This document shows positions 52,215 through 61,958 of a stretch of 64,000 nucleotides of DNA, in pieces; position 1 is the first letter of the stretch; each line of letters begins with the position of its first letter. The translations under genes and the position numbers were made by a program. A model generated the notes under the pieces. The model saw only the letters and a program-made list of their open reading frames with translations, ran no database searches and was not told the DNA's origin. Source of the stretch: Candidatus Binatia bacterium (GTDB taxonomy: Bacteria; Desulfobacterota; Binatia; Bin18); the NCBI GenBank assembly GCA_963664395.2, contig OY761159.2, positions 3,712,001 to 3,776,000 on the forward strand, given 5' to 3'.

Positions 52215-53921
52215 ATGGCAAAAATGACTGGTGCACAGATCACAATCGAAAGCCTTCTGGCCGAAGGCGTGGATACCATTTTCGGCTACCCCGGTGGAGC
52301 GATTCTGCCCACCTATGACGCTTTGGTACAAAACCCGGCCCTTCGGCATATTCTTGTCCGGCACGAACAAGGCGCTGCGCATATGGCCGAGGGGTATGCG
52401 CGTGTATCCGGCCGACCGGGCGTCGTGCTCGTGACCTCAGGGCCGGGGGCAACCAATACGGTCACCGGCATCGCTGACGCCTACATGGATTCAACTCCAC
52501 TGGTAGTGATTTGTGGCCAAGTGCCGACCAATATGATCGGCAATGACGCCTTCCAGGAAGCTGACGTGACCGGCATTACGCGCCCCTGCACGAAGCACAA
52601 CTATTTGATTCGTGACGTAAACGACATCTCCCGAACGATTAAGGAGGCGTTTCATATTGCCGGCAGTGGGCGGCCGGGGCCGGTTCTGATTGATCTTCCC
52701 AAGGACGTACAAACCGGCGAAGCCGAATTTTTCTACCCTGAAACGGTCAATCTGCGGGGCTATAAGCCTACCCTCAAAGGAAACACCCGACAGATCGAAC
52801 GGGCGCTTGAAGTCATTGAACAGTCCGAACGGCCACTCTTCTATGTTGGCGGTGGGGTCCAGTGGTCCGGCGCATCCGAGCCGCTCACCGCCCTGGTCCG
52901 AGGGCTCAAGATTCCTATTACGACGACGGTTATGGCCTTGGGCGTTTATCCCAGCGCCGACCCGCTGTGCCTTGGGATGCTCGGCATGCACGGGGGATAT
53001 TGGACGAATATGGCCGTCCAGAACTGCGACGCCCTGATTGCCGTTGGCGCACGTTTTGATGATCGGGTCACCGGCCGGACGAGCGACTTTGCGCCCAGAG
53101 CAAAGAAAATCGTTCATATCGATATTGATCCCTCTTCAATCAGTAAGAACATCAAAGTCGATGTGCCCATTGTTGGTGATATCAAGGCAGTCTTGCAGGT
53201 AATGCTTGGGAAAGTCAAAAGCCAGGAACAACTGGCCGCGCAGCAGCAAAAATGGGCCGACTGGCATACCCGGATTATGGACTGGAAGCGGGAAAAACCG
53301 CTGCCTTATAACCTACAAGGCCCTAATGGAGAAATTCTGCCGCGGGCGGTGCTGGAAGAGATCAATAGACTCACCGGGGGTGAGGCTATTGTCGTGACTG
53401 ATGTGGGCCAACACCAGATGTGGGCTGCTCAGATGATGGAGTTTACCCAGCCACGCTCATGGCTGACGTCGGGTGGATTGGGAACCATGGGCTATGGTTT
53501 GCCTGCCGGGATTGGTGCCCATTTTGCCGCGCCGGACAGGCAGGTCGTGGTGATTAGCGGTGACGGCAGTATTCAGATGAACATTCAAGAACTGTCCACC
53601 GCCGTGCAGTATAACGTTCCGGTCAAAGTTGTCATCCTGAACAACCACTATTTGGGCATGGTTCGGCAGTGGCAGGAGAAGTTCTACGAGGAGCGCTACT
53701 CCCACTCCTATATGGACGCAATGCCAGACTTTGTAAAACTGGCCGAAGCCTATGGGGCTAAAGGATTTCGGGCGGAAAAATCGTCCGACTTGTCCGCCAC
53801 GCTGCAGGCTGCATTTGCGGAGTCGGGGCCCGTTCTGGTTGAAATTGTTATTCCGAAAAGTGAAGGTGTTTTTCCCATGGTGCCGGCTGGTAGCGCCATG
53901 CACGAAATGCTCTTTGCGTAA
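52215..53921 (+). CDS. ilvB: Acetolactate synthase large subunit, biosynthetic type
   Basis: FGYPGGA, RHEQGA, DVGQHQMW, GDGSIQMN and LGMVRQWQ motifs. Confidence 0.93.
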   Translation: MAKMTGAQITIESLLAEGVDTIFGYPGGAILPTYDALVQNPALRHILVRHEQGAAHMAEGYARVSGRPGVVLVTSGPGATNTVTGIADAYMDSTPLVVICGQVPTNMIGNDAFQEADVTGITRPCTKHNYLIRDVNDISRTIKEAFHIAGSGRPGPVLIDLPKDVQTGEAEFFYPETVNLRGYKPTLKGNTRQIERALEVIEQSERPLFYVGGGVQWSGASEPLTALVRGLKIPITTTVMALGVYPSADPLCLGMLGMHGGYWTNMAVQNCDALIAVGARFDDRVTGRTSDFAPRAKKIVHIDIDPSSISKNIKVDVPIVGDIKAVLQVMLGKVKSQEQLAAQQQKWADWHTRIMDWKREKPLPYNLQGPNGEILPRAVLEEINRLTGGEAIVVTDVGQHQMWAAQMMEFTQPRSWLTSGGLGTMGYGLPAGIGAHFAAPDRQVVVISGDGSIQMNIQELSTAVQYNVPVKVVILNNHYLGMVRQWQEKFYEERYSHSYMDAMPDFVKLAEAYGAKGFRAEKSSDLSATLQAAFAESGPVLVEIVIPKSEGVFPMVPAGSAMHEMLFA

Positions 53922-53949
53922 CGAGCCGAACTGGAAAAATGGCAGAGTC

Positions 53950-54255
53950 GTGGAAAGAGATACGCCGCAAAAGTCTGAGAGCGAACACTCTCCAGATCAC
54001 GCCCAAGACGGCTTCCAGGATCATTTTCAGGACCATTTCTATAAGGGGGTGATCCAGAAGATCTTTTCCGGCAATGAAACTGGCATCGTTTTGAGTGACT
54101 CCGGAAAAGAAATTCCCTTTGTCTTCCCGTTCTTACGGTTGATCGGGGCACCTCGTCTGGACATTCGATTTCTGACCGAAGGGATGCGCGTGGGCTTTGA
54201 CGTTGGCTGGACCTCAAAGGGGCTGCGCATATCGGTCTTGAAAATCTACGACTAG
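53950..54255 (+). CDS. Small cold-shock/OB-fold-like hypothetical protein
   Basis: FYKGVIQK...GIV...EIPF...LTEGMRVGFDV pattern; GTG start assumed. Confidence 0.5.
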   Translation: MERDTPQKSESEHSPDHAQDGFQDHFQDHFYKGVIQKIFSGNETGIVLSDSGKEIPFVFPFLRLIGAPRLDIRFLTEGMRVGFDVGWTSKGLRISVLKIYD

Positions 54256-54285
54256 TCCTCATCTTCTGATGAGACATTGCGAGGC

Positions 54286-55116
54286 TTAGAGTGGCAGCGT
54301 TGTCCGAAACAGCACAAACCGCCCCAGAAATTCGCCCACAATAGCCGCGAGAATGGCGATATAAAAGAGACCGGTTGCAGCCATTGTTTGTGGAATCTGG
54401 AGCGTCCGCCAAATCATATAGGCGACGCCGAGTGAGGCCAGCGGTCCCAGCCCAAAGCGCATCCAAAGCAAGGTCTGATGGTCCGTCCAGAGCGCGCTCA
54501 CGCTCGCCCGTGTCGCCACGTTACCACTCACTAAGAGGACCAAAAGGCCGAGGGCAAGGGTTGTTAAATGGACGACGATAGTACCGGCGTAGAATTTGAA
54601 GATACGCCTGAAGGGGTCAAGAGAGAGGTCAAGCTCAATGAGGTACCAATGGCCCAGGGACATGCCCGTTGCGACCGCACCCAGCATCAAAGCCGAGGTC
54701 AGAAAACTGAGTGGGTAGAAGAGCGTCTCGAATGAAAAAAATGGTGCGGTGCGATATATGTTTGCGCTGAAACTCAGCGCACACAGGCCTGAGATGAGCG
54801 TAAAGAGATAAGCCCGGGCCCGCAAGACAAAGCGATTCCCCCATAAAGTATAGGTATACAGGCCACCCACCACGCAAAACAGCAGCCACAAACTGACTTC
54901 AAACGTCCGCATATTCCAAAGTGTTTCCGGCAGCGCGGAGTAGGCCAGGGAAAGCTTTCCGATGAAGATGGTCAGCCCGCAGCCAAGATAGACGCAGGCC
55001 GTGGACTTGAAAAACCCACGTTCAATCTCATGAAACCCCGGAACACTCAGGGCAAAGACGCCGCCAAAGGCAAGCTGGCCGAAGATGAGGAGAAAAACAT
55101 GCGCAAAGTCCGTCAT
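54286..55116 (-). CDS. Eight-helix membrane protein (DmsC-like, GHWYL motif)
   Basis: About 8 hydrophobic segments; GMSLGHWYL; C-terminal ATGLFY..GEFLGR. Confidence 0.6.
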   Translation of the reverse strand: MTDFAHVFLLIFGQLAFGGVFALSVPGFHEIERGFFKSTACVYLGCGLTIFIGKLSLAYSALPETLWNMRTFEVSLWLLFCVVGGLYTYTLWGNRFVLRARAYLFTLISGLCALSFSANIYRTAPFFSFETLFYPLSFLTSALMLGAVATGMSLGHWYLIELDLSLDPFRRIFKFYAGTIVVHLTTLALGLLVLLVSGNVATRASVSALWTDHQTLLWMRFGLGPLASLGVAYMIWRTLQIPQTMAATGLFYIAILAAIVGEFLGRFVLFRTTLPL

Positions 55117-55295
55117 GCCCGGACTGTATCGACCCCCGGATATGAGCTCAAGCAGGGGGGAGTTCTCTCAGCTCTGAGGTGCGGACTGCCGGAATGGGCT
55201 TGAGTAGGCTCCCGGCTTCCTGCCTTGCTGTTCCTCAGCGCAACTGGTAGGAGAACAAAGCATACCCTCGGATTGAAGAATGTGAGCGAGAAACT

Positions 55296-55790
55296 GTGGC
55301 AAAATCGCTGATTACGGACGAAATCCGCACTTGGATCGGTCGTCAGGCTCCACCCTGGACGATTGAGGTCACGGCGCTGGATGTCAAACGTTTTGCGGTG
55401 GCAACCGATGATGCCAACCCGCTCTACACCGATACGGAGCGGGCCAGACAGAGCCGCTCTGGCGGGCTGATCGCACCGCCCCTGTTCTATATGGCTCCGC
55501 TGACGGACCCGGTGCCCGAAAGCGCACTCCGCCCGGATGGACTCCCCGCTGAAGGGCGCTTTCCCATTCCGCCGACCCCACTCCCGCGCCTGATGGATGG
55601 CGGGACAGACATCGAGTTTTTTGTTCCAATTCGTGTTGGCGATACCCTCACGGCACGCAGTATAATAGTGGATATCTACCAGAAAGACGGGCGCTCCGGA
55701 CCCTTGATCTTTGTGGTGAGAGAGACCACGTATACGAATCAAAACGATGAGATCGTCGTCATTGAAAAAGGCTCGTCTATTTTACGCTAA
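55296..55790 (+). CDS. MaoC-like dehydratase, N-terminal (HadA-like) subunit
   Basis: RFAVATDDANPLY, IAPPLF and YTNQ motifs. Confidence 0.85.
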   Translation: MAKSLITDEIRTWIGRQAPPWTIEVTALDVKRFAVATDDANPLYTDTERARQSRSGGLIAPPLFYMAPLTDPVPESALRPDGLPAEGRFPIPPTPLPRLMDGGTDIEFFVPIRVGDTLTARSIIVDIYQKDGRSGPLIFVVRETTYTNQNDEIVVIEKGSSILR

Positions 55791-55812
55791 TGGGCGCTGA
55801 GGCTACAACGTC

Positions 55813-56259
55813 ATGGATGCACAGCTTTATTTTGAAGACGTAACCGAAGGGATGACGTTGCCGAATCTGGAGAAGACGCCGTCAAACACCCTGCTGTTCC
55901 TGTATAGCAGTATCACCTGGAATCCGCAGCGGATTCACTTTGATAAAGATTTTACCCAAGGCGAAGGCTACCGCGACATTGTTGTCCATGGGCCGCTGCG
56001 CGGGGCGTTTTTATCGCAATTGTTGACGGGTTGGATAGGGGAAGAGGGCACGCTGAAGAAGCTGTCGTATGCCAACCGCGATATTGCCTATGTCAATGAG
56101 CGCCTGGTGTGTAAAGGGATGGTGACCAAGAAGTGGGTCGAAGCGGGGACGGGACATGTCGCCTGCGAGGTATGGGTTGAGAATGCGGAAGAGGCTCGTC
56201 TCACGCTTGGGAGTGCCACGGTCCTCCTGCCTTTGAAAACCGCTGAAAACCGCTCTTGA
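55813..56259 (+). CDS. MaoC-like dehydratase (HadB-like) subunit
   Basis: YFEDV..G, RIHFD and VVHGPL motifs. Confidence 0.85.
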   Translation: MDAQLYFEDVTEGMTLPNLEKTPSNTLLFLYSSITWNPQRIHFDKDFTQGEGYRDIVVHGPLRGAFLSQLLTGWIGEEGTLKKLSYANRDIAYVNERLVCKGMVTKKWVEAGTGHVACEVWVENAEEARLTLGSATVLLPLKTAENRS

Positions 56260-56288
56260 TCCGACAAGTACAGCCTAAAGGAGTCTGC

Positions 56289-57038
56289 ATGGCGCAATCA
56301 CGCCTGACTATTATTCATACCTCTGATGTCCATCTTGAAAGCGACACCTTTGGCCGAGGAGAAGCCGGCCAAGCCTATCAACGTCGCATTCAGGATGCAT
56401 TTCGAAATGTTGTTGACCTGGTGTGCCAGCAGCAGGCTGACTTATTTCTCATTGCCGGAGACCTGTTTGACTCAAACCGTATACCGGAATCCGGGATCGA
56501 ATTTGTCGATGCCGAACTCCGGCGCGTGCCCTGCCCGGTTATCCTCATTCCTGGCAATCATGACTGTTATGATCACCGTTCGGTATACAAAAAGGCTGAT
56601 TTCACCCAAGCCGGCCCGCATGTCCACACACTGACGGAAGAAGGAGGACGCACAATACAATTCCCGGAACTTCAGGCAACGGTGTGGGGCAAAGGTCTGG
56701 TCGAGCATGACCCATCCTTCCGCCCACTTGCCGGAGTCCCGAATCGCCAAGGAGATTGGTGGCATATTGGTATGGCGCACGGCTATTATGTCGAAGAGGA
56801 GGAAACACAGCGCTCTTCGCCAGTGAAGCCGGAAGAGATTGAACAATCCGGCCTGGATTATCTGGCTATGGGGCATGTGCATGTCTTCAACGATCTCAGT
56901 CAGGGAGCAACAACGTCGTGTTACCCTGGCACGCCGGCCCCGTTATATATGGGGGTGGATGATGGCGGGAGCGTTGCGGTCGTGACTCTTGATCCGGACC
57001 AAGGCGTGCTGCTGAGGCGGCAGAAGGTCGTGCTGTAA
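56289..57038 (+). CDS. Metallophosphoesterase, SbcD/Mre11-like nuclease domain
   Basis: HTSDVH, AGDLFD, PGNHD, AHG, DYLAMGHVH and YPGTP motifs. Confidence 0.85.
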   Translation: MAQSRLTIIHTSDVHLESDTFGRGEAGQAYQRRIQDAFRNVVDLVCQQQADLFLIAGDLFDSNRIPESGIEFVDAELRRVPCPVILIPGNHDCYDHRSVYKKADFTQAGPHVHTLTEEGGRTIQFPELQATVWGKGLVEHDPSFRPLAGVPNRQGDWWHIGMAHGYYVEEEETQRSSPVKPEEIEQSGLDYLAMGHVHVFNDLSQGATTSCYPGTPAPLYMGVDDGGSVAVVTLDPDQGVLLRRQKVVL

Positions 57039-57131
57039 TATATTCCAAGCCCCCGTGGAACAGGGGCGCGTGCCCGACTTTTCTGTTACGTCCTGGTTTT
57101 TTCTTCACCCTTAATTTGCTAAGAGGAAAGC

Positions 57132-57713
57132 ATGGCTGAGCGAGCGGATATACGGCGACGGCCGCAACGGACAACGGTGAGAGATATTCTCCGTACCGCG
57201 GTCAATCTCGAAAAAAAGGCCATGGCGCTCTATATGCAGTTTACCCGCATGTTTGAGGGCCAGGAGGAGCTACGGAAGTTCTGGTTCAGTATGGCTCGTC
57301 ACGAAGCCAGCCATCTTGGGGCGCTGGCACTCGTAGAAGGAGTGGTTGAAAACGATCCTGATGTTGCGGAGAGTAGCAAAGTCTGGTTCGATCCTTCGAC
57401 CGTCGTACGCCTCCGGTCTCTCTTGAATGTCTATAGTCGCGAGGCTGAGAAGGAGATTTCAGTCGAGCGCGCCTTTGAAATGGCCATTGATGTGGAAGGC
57501 TCCGAGCTAGAAGACGTTGTGGTTGATCTGCTCCAGGTCGTGCGTGAACAGATGGTCCGTGACCAGGCGATCAAGCTCCTCATTCACGATCTGAGTGACC
57601 TGAGTTATATGGTCGAGAAGTTTACCCAGAATGAAGCCTTGCTGGCGCGAGCAGATGCGCTAGTCGACCACCGGGTTGACGCGCTTGCTATCGATCAAGG
57701 TCAGAAGGCATGA
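57132..57713 (+). CDS. Ferritin-like (rubrerythrin-type) four-helix protein
   Basis: AVNLEKKA...Y...MARHEASH...AIDVE pattern. Confidence 0.6.
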   Translation: MAERADIRRRPQRTTVRDILRTAVNLEKKAMALYMQFTRMFEGQEELRKFWFSMARHEASHLGALALVEGVVENDPDVAESSKVWFDPSTVVRLRSLLNVYSREAEKEISVERAFEMAIDVEGSELEDVVVDLLQVVREQMVRDQAIKLLIHDLSDLSYMVEKFTQNEALLARADALVDHRVDALAIDQGQKA

Positions 57714-57765
57714 TGAGTGCTGCGCGCAAGACGCGTGAAAACCTCTTCTCAGGAGAGATAAGCTG

Positions 57766-57951
57766 ATGAATCCTGTCGTCATACAAGCCACCCTCTGTCT
57801 TCTTATCGGCCTGTGGGGCTTGTCCATGATCGTCATGGGAATGGTGTGGCGTAATGCCATCTGGCTCGGTCTTGGCGCTGCCGTTCTCGTGGTCGGACTG
57901 CCATTTATGCGTAATCTTCTACCCGATCAATTGAGACGCGGCTTGATGTAG
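57766..57951 (+). CDS. Small two-helix membrane protein
   Basis: AGGAG RBS and two hydrophobic segments. Confidence 0.5.
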   Translation: MNPVVIQATLCLLIGLWGLSMIVMGMVWRNAIWLGLGAAVLVVGLPFMRNLLPDQLRRGLM

Positions 57952-58019
57952 CGTCTCGGCTCCTTGTCCTCAATCCTCCCACTGTTTCCAATATGCTTGA
58001 CCAGCATTCCTTGTAAGCC

Positions 58020-58430
58020 ATGTTTCTTCGCCTTCTCGTATTATTTACGCTGGTGCCGCTCGCGGAGCTATATCTGCTCCTCCAGGTCGGCAGTGCCCTC
58101 GGAGTCGGCCTGACGATTCTCCTGGTTGTCGGCACAGGTGTTGTTGGCGCGTATCTGGCACGGCTGGAAGGCTGGCGGACGCTGCGGCAGATGCAGGAGA
58201 ATCTCCACAACGGTATTGCGCCAACCGGAGAGATCATTGACGGAGCCCTTATTCTCGGGGCCGGACTGCTCTTGATTACCCCTGGAATTGTGACCGATAC
58301 TGTCGGTTTCAGTCTGCTCTTGCCCCCAACCCGGTCCGCGCTGAAGCGCGCCATTCGGCGGCGTCTTGAAGCTCATAGGCCCGCCTCCTCGTCCACCATT
58401 GAGGTCGAAGTCATCCGTCGGACGGACTGA
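58020..58430 (+). CDS. fxsA: FxsA family membrane protein
   Basis: VPLAELYLL and GLLLITPGIVTD..G motifs. Confidence 0.88.
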   Translation: MFLRLLVLFTLVPLAELYLLLQVGSALGVGLTILLVVGTGVVGAYLARLEGWRTLRQMQENLHNGIAPTGEIIDGALILGAGLLLITPGIVTDTVGFSLLLPPTRSALKRAIRRRLEAHRPASSSTIEVEVIRRTD

Positions 58431-58550
58431 CGGGTTGTCCTGAGGAGCTGGAGATAGCCGCCCTTTCGGGAACTTCAGCGTGAGGTAGACTGCGCCTTTT
58501 AGCCTTCGCCCTGCGCAAGAGGAGGGGGAGGAGGGCTGCACCGCGGTGCT

Positions 58551-58691
58551 TCACACGTAATCGTCTGCGCGCTGCCGATTCTGCGGACACGAGGCGCAGC
58601 CTGTTTTTGCACGTCTGGGCCAGAGTGAGCAGCCGAGGTAGAATGCCGCGCCGACGATAACCGAGAATATCAGGAGGGTTTGGAGGTCCAT
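58551..58691 (-). CDS. FeoB-associated Cys-rich small membrane protein (46 aa)
   Basis: Manual translation MDLQTLLIFSVIVGAAFYLGCSLWPRRAKTGCASCPQNRQRADDYV; starts 3 nt after the feoB stop. Below the ORF-track length cutoff. Confidence 0.8.
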   Translation of the reverse strand: MDLQTLLIFSVIVGAAFYLGCSLWPRRAKTGCASCPQNRQRADDYV

Positions 58692-58694
58692 AGT

Positions 58695-60920
58695 TTAACT
58701 GATAAGCCGACTGCCTATTTGGTATACAGCCAAGGCTCCAAGATACGCCAGGCTCGTCATATAGACAAATGTAAAGAGCGGATAGCCCCAGGAATTGGTT
58801 TCCCGCTTGATGGTCGCCAGAGTGGCCCCGCACTGACAGCACAGGGCAAAAAAGACCATGATCGAAATCGCCACAAGCGGCGTATACACCGGTCGGCCGT
58901 CCGGCCAGCGCTCCGCCCGCATGGCCTCACGCAATTCGACGCTCTCTTCATCCTGGCCGGCACCCAGATTATAGATCGTACCAAGTGCGGCAATAATGAC
59001 TTCACGTGCAGGAAAACTAGCCAGCGTAGCCATGCCTATTTTCCAGTCCCAGCCTAGGGGCTGAACAAACGGCTCAATCGCCCGTCCGGCCTGTCCGAGA
59101 TAGCTTTCGCGCAAGCGAACGCCGGCCACTTCGCTCTCAAGAAGCGCCAGTTCGGCTTCCGTGGCGGTCGCCCGGCGGGTCTCAAACTCTTCTGAGACGA
59201 GGTCCTGATTCGGATAATAGCAGAGTGCCCAGACCAGGATGGTTGTGGCCAGGATGATACTCCCGGCGCGCCTTAAAAAGGCCATGCTCCGGTCGTACAT
59301 GCGAAACAGAACCACGCGCCAGGCTGGCATCTTAAATGGCGGCAGTTCCATGAGAAAAGGAACTGTTTCACCACTGAGGACTGTGCGCTTCAATACCCAA
59401 GCAATTGGTGGTGCGATGAGAAGGCCGAGACAATACATGAGAAAGAGCGTCAGTCCCTGCAAACCAAAAATCCCCCACACGGTCTGGGCCGGGATAAAAG
59501 CCGAGATCAGCAGCACATACACGGGCAGCCGCGCGCTACAGCTCATCAGGGGCGCGATAAGAATGGTCGCAATCCGATCCCGCTGATTGTCGATCGTTCG
59601 AGCCGCCATAATGCCCGGAATTGCGCAGGCGAAAGAGGAGAGCAGCGGAATAAAGCTCCGCCCCGACAGTCCGAAGCCGGCCATCACGCGATCCATAAGA
59701 AAAGCCGCCCGTGCCATATAGCCGGAATCTTCAAGGATGGCGATCAAACCGAACAGCATCGCAATTTGCGGGACAAATACCACCACCGCGCCCACCCCGC
59801 CGATCACGCCATCGACAATCAGGCTTTGCAGCGGACCTGCCGACAGCGCGCTGCCGACCCAGGAGCCCAGCGCCGAAAAGACGATGTCAATGCCATCCAT
59901 GAGCGGCAGCGCCCAGGAAAAAATGGACTGGAAGGTCACACCCATAACGCTCAGAAAAATCACCAGCCCCCAGACTTTATGGGTGACAAGAGAGTCAATC
60001 AGCTCGGACCAATCTGTCCGGCCACGGTTCACGATGGGTGAAGAGCGCCGCGTGTCCTCCACGACCTGAGCGATCCACGCATAGCGGTGATCCACTTCCA
60101 TCTGCGGGAGCTGAACCGCACCAGCGGCCAAGCGCTGGCGGGCCGCATGGGTGGAGTCCCGCACCTGCGCTCCGTGCTGTTGGGTGAGGTCTTGCTCAAC
60201 CATGCCTCCGGCGTCGATCAGCAGCCGCTCAACCAGAAAGTGAGGGAAACGGGCAGTCGGGTGGGCCTGGGTGAGCTGCTGGGTCAGCGTCCGGACCTCT
60301 TGCGTGAACGCTTCGGGAAACACAACCGGTCGGGGTGGGGGGGCGGCTGCGGTGAGCGTATCGCACAAGGTCTGACGTAATTGATTGATCCCCTGACGCC
60401 TTGTGGCCTGAACCGGGACGACACGCACTCCCAAGTGTTTCTCAAGAGCGGCAATATCAATATGTATGCCCTGCTTTTCCGCCAGATCGAGCATGGTCAA
60501 CGCAACGACGCAGGGAAGCCCGATATCCATGATCTGGGTCGCAATATAAAGATTGCGATCGAGATTAGTCGCATCGACAACACACAGGACGCCATCCGGT
60601 GCAACTGTCTCGTTGCCATAGCCGAGCAGGACGGAGACAGCGACCATCTCATCCGGCGCGCGAGGCGCAAGTGAATATATACCCGGCAGATCAACTGCGA
60701 GAAACCGGACACCATTCTGACGAAATTTGCCGAGCGCACTTTCGACCGTCACACCAGGGTAATTCCCGGTGTGTTGGCTTAGTCCGGTGAGCGCGTTAAA
60801 GAGTGTCGTCTTACCTGTATTGGGATTCCCAATCACGGCAACCCGATAGGAACCGGCACCGATTGGCGTGGAGGCGGTGCGATGCGCTGAAGGTGCTGCT
60901 GAGGGTGTTTCGGCATTCAT
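58695..60920 (-). CDS. feoB: Ferrous iron transporter FeoB
   Basis: GNPNTGKT, NYPGVT, DLPG, SFACAIP, PLMSCSARLP and gate domains. Confidence 0.96.
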   Translation of the reverse strand: MNAETPSAAPSAHRTASTPIGAGSYRVAVIGNPNTGKTTLFNALTGLSQHTGNYPGVTVESALGKFRQNGVRFLAVDLPGIYSLAPRAPDEMVAVSVLLGYGNETVAPDGVLCVVDATNLDRNLYIATQIMDIGLPCVVALTMLDLAEKQGIHIDIAALEKHLGVRVVPVQATRRQGINQLRQTLCDTLTAAAPPPRPVVFPEAFTQEVRTLTQQLTQAHPTARFPHFLVERLLIDAGGMVEQDLTQQHGAQVRDSTHAARQRLAAGAVQLPQMEVDHRYAWIAQVVEDTRRSSPIVNRGRTDWSELIDSLVTHKVWGLVIFLSVMGVTFQSIFSWALPLMDGIDIVFSALGSWVGSALSAGPLQSLIVDGVIGGVGAVVVFVPQIAMLFGLIAILEDSGYMARAAFLMDRVMAGFGLSGRSFIPLLSSFACAIPGIMAARTIDNQRDRIATILIAPLMSCSARLPVYVLLISAFIPAQTVWGIFGLQGLTLFLMYCLGLLIAPPIAWVLKRTVLSGETVPFLMELPPFKMPAWRVVLFRMYDRSMAFLRRAGSIILATTILVWALCYYPNQDLVSEEFETRRATATEAELALLESEVAGVRLRESYLGQAGRAIEPFVQPLGWDWKIGMATLASFPAREVIIAALGTIYNLGAGQDEESVELREAMRAERWPDGRPVYTPLVAISIMVFFALCCQCGATLATIKRETNSWGYPLFTFVYMTSLAYLGALAVYQIGSRLIS

Positions 60921-60959
60921 GGCGATATAACAATGGGCTTACCGGCCCACTACTATTTT

Positions 60960-61187
60960 TTATGGCTCGACAAGACGAATCCGCGCAGCTTCTTGTCGCC
61001 GGAGCGCGAGGTGAAAGCCCCGGATACGTATCTGCATGGGGTCGCCAAGCGGCGCAAAACGTATGACCTGAACGGTTTGACCGCTTGTAAAGCCGAGTTC
61101 AGCCAGACGCTGGCAAATACCGTCTGTTCCCGTGATGGAGTGAATACATCCCTGCTCTTCGGGGACGAGGTCGGCAAGTGTTTTCAT
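60960..61187 (-). CDS. feoA: FeoA
   Basis: QRLAELGF..G..APLGDP...ALRRQEA. Confidence 0.93.
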   Translation of the reverse strand: MKTLADLVPEEQGCIHSITGTDGICQRLAELGFTSGQTVQVIRFAPLGDPMQIRIRGFHLALRRQEAARIRLVEP

Positions 61188-61237
61188 GTTTTGAGTACTG
61201 AATTCTTTCTGTATTTTTTTTGTTCTTATCTTATACT

Positions 61238-61264
61238 AATTGAAATTGATAATCAATTTCAATT
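61238..61264. promoter_or_regulatory. Fur-like operator (perfect 13-1-13 palindrome)
   Basis: AATTGAAATTGAT-A-ATCAATTTCAATT between divergent feoA and the CDGSH gene. Confidence 0.75.
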
Positions 61265-61430
61265 CTATAAACAAGCCCCGCTGAACAATAGTTCGGCTCC
61301 AGTTCGCAATCCGATATCGCTGAGCCAGTTGGTGTAGTGGGCATAGCGGCCCTAGCGAGTATTCCTGTGAATGATAGCGTGAGTCTGAGACGAGACCGCT
61401 GTAGAGAAAGAGAATGATAAAGAGAATGAT

Positions 61431-61649
61431 ATGGCAAAAGCGACTATCCGTGTCTTAAAGAATGGTCCCTATGAAGTCCGAGGAGAAACGAATGTAACCG
61501 ACAGGAGGGGGAGGAAGCACCTTGGGCAAAAAGATCCCCTCTATTTATGTCGGTGTGGTCAGTCCAAGAATAAACCGTATTGTGATGGAAGCCACGCAGA
61601 GACGGGCTTTCAGGCTGAGGAGAGTGCTGTTGAGGTGACTCGGAGGTAG
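61431..61649 (+). CDS. CDGSH iron-sulfur domain protein
   Basis: NGPY...LCRCGQSKNKPYCDGSH. Confidence 0.93.
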   Translation: MAKATIRVLKNGPYEVRGETNVTDRRGRKHLGQKDPLYLCRCGQSKNKPYCDGSHAETGFQAEESAVEVTRR

Positions 61650-61801
61650 GAGTAGCCAATCCCGGTCGTGAAACAGAGAAAACAAAAACGGGCAATTCTA
61701 TGGAGCCGCAAAAATCCTGCGTCTCCTCCAGTAACGAAACCCCCTGACGTAAACCTTTGTCTGCTTTTACTTGTACCGGGGCTCGGGCGTTATTCGGGTT
61801 C

Positions 61802-61861
61802 AATTGAAAATGACTTTCAAAATCGTTTGTAGGGGCTAATTGAAAATGACTTTCAAAATCG
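61802..61861. promoter_or_regulatory. Duplicated 24-bp Fur-family-like operator
   Basis: AATTGAAAATGACTTTCAAAATCG is identical at 61802-61825 and 61838-61861. Each copy has a palindromic TTGAAA-N5-TTTCAA core. Confidence 0.7.
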
Positions 61862-61888
61862 ATTCCTCAATAAAATCAATAACTTACG

Positions 61889-61917
61889 TTGACAAACGCG
61901 CCGGCCGGGTGTAGGCT
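61889..61917 (+). promoter_or_regulatory. Sigma70-type promoter for the ferritin-like gene
   Basis: TTGACA, 17 bp spacer, TAGGCT. Confidence 0.6.
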
Positions 61918-61958
61918 GTAGACATCGTTAACCAGAAACACTCATCACAAGGAGATTC

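Noticed and set aside
58431-58550. Possible ncRNA (RNase P/SRP) between fxsA and the feo operon
   Set aside because: No conserved RNase P or SRP motifs, and much of the apparent gap is explained by the small FeoB-associated CDS.
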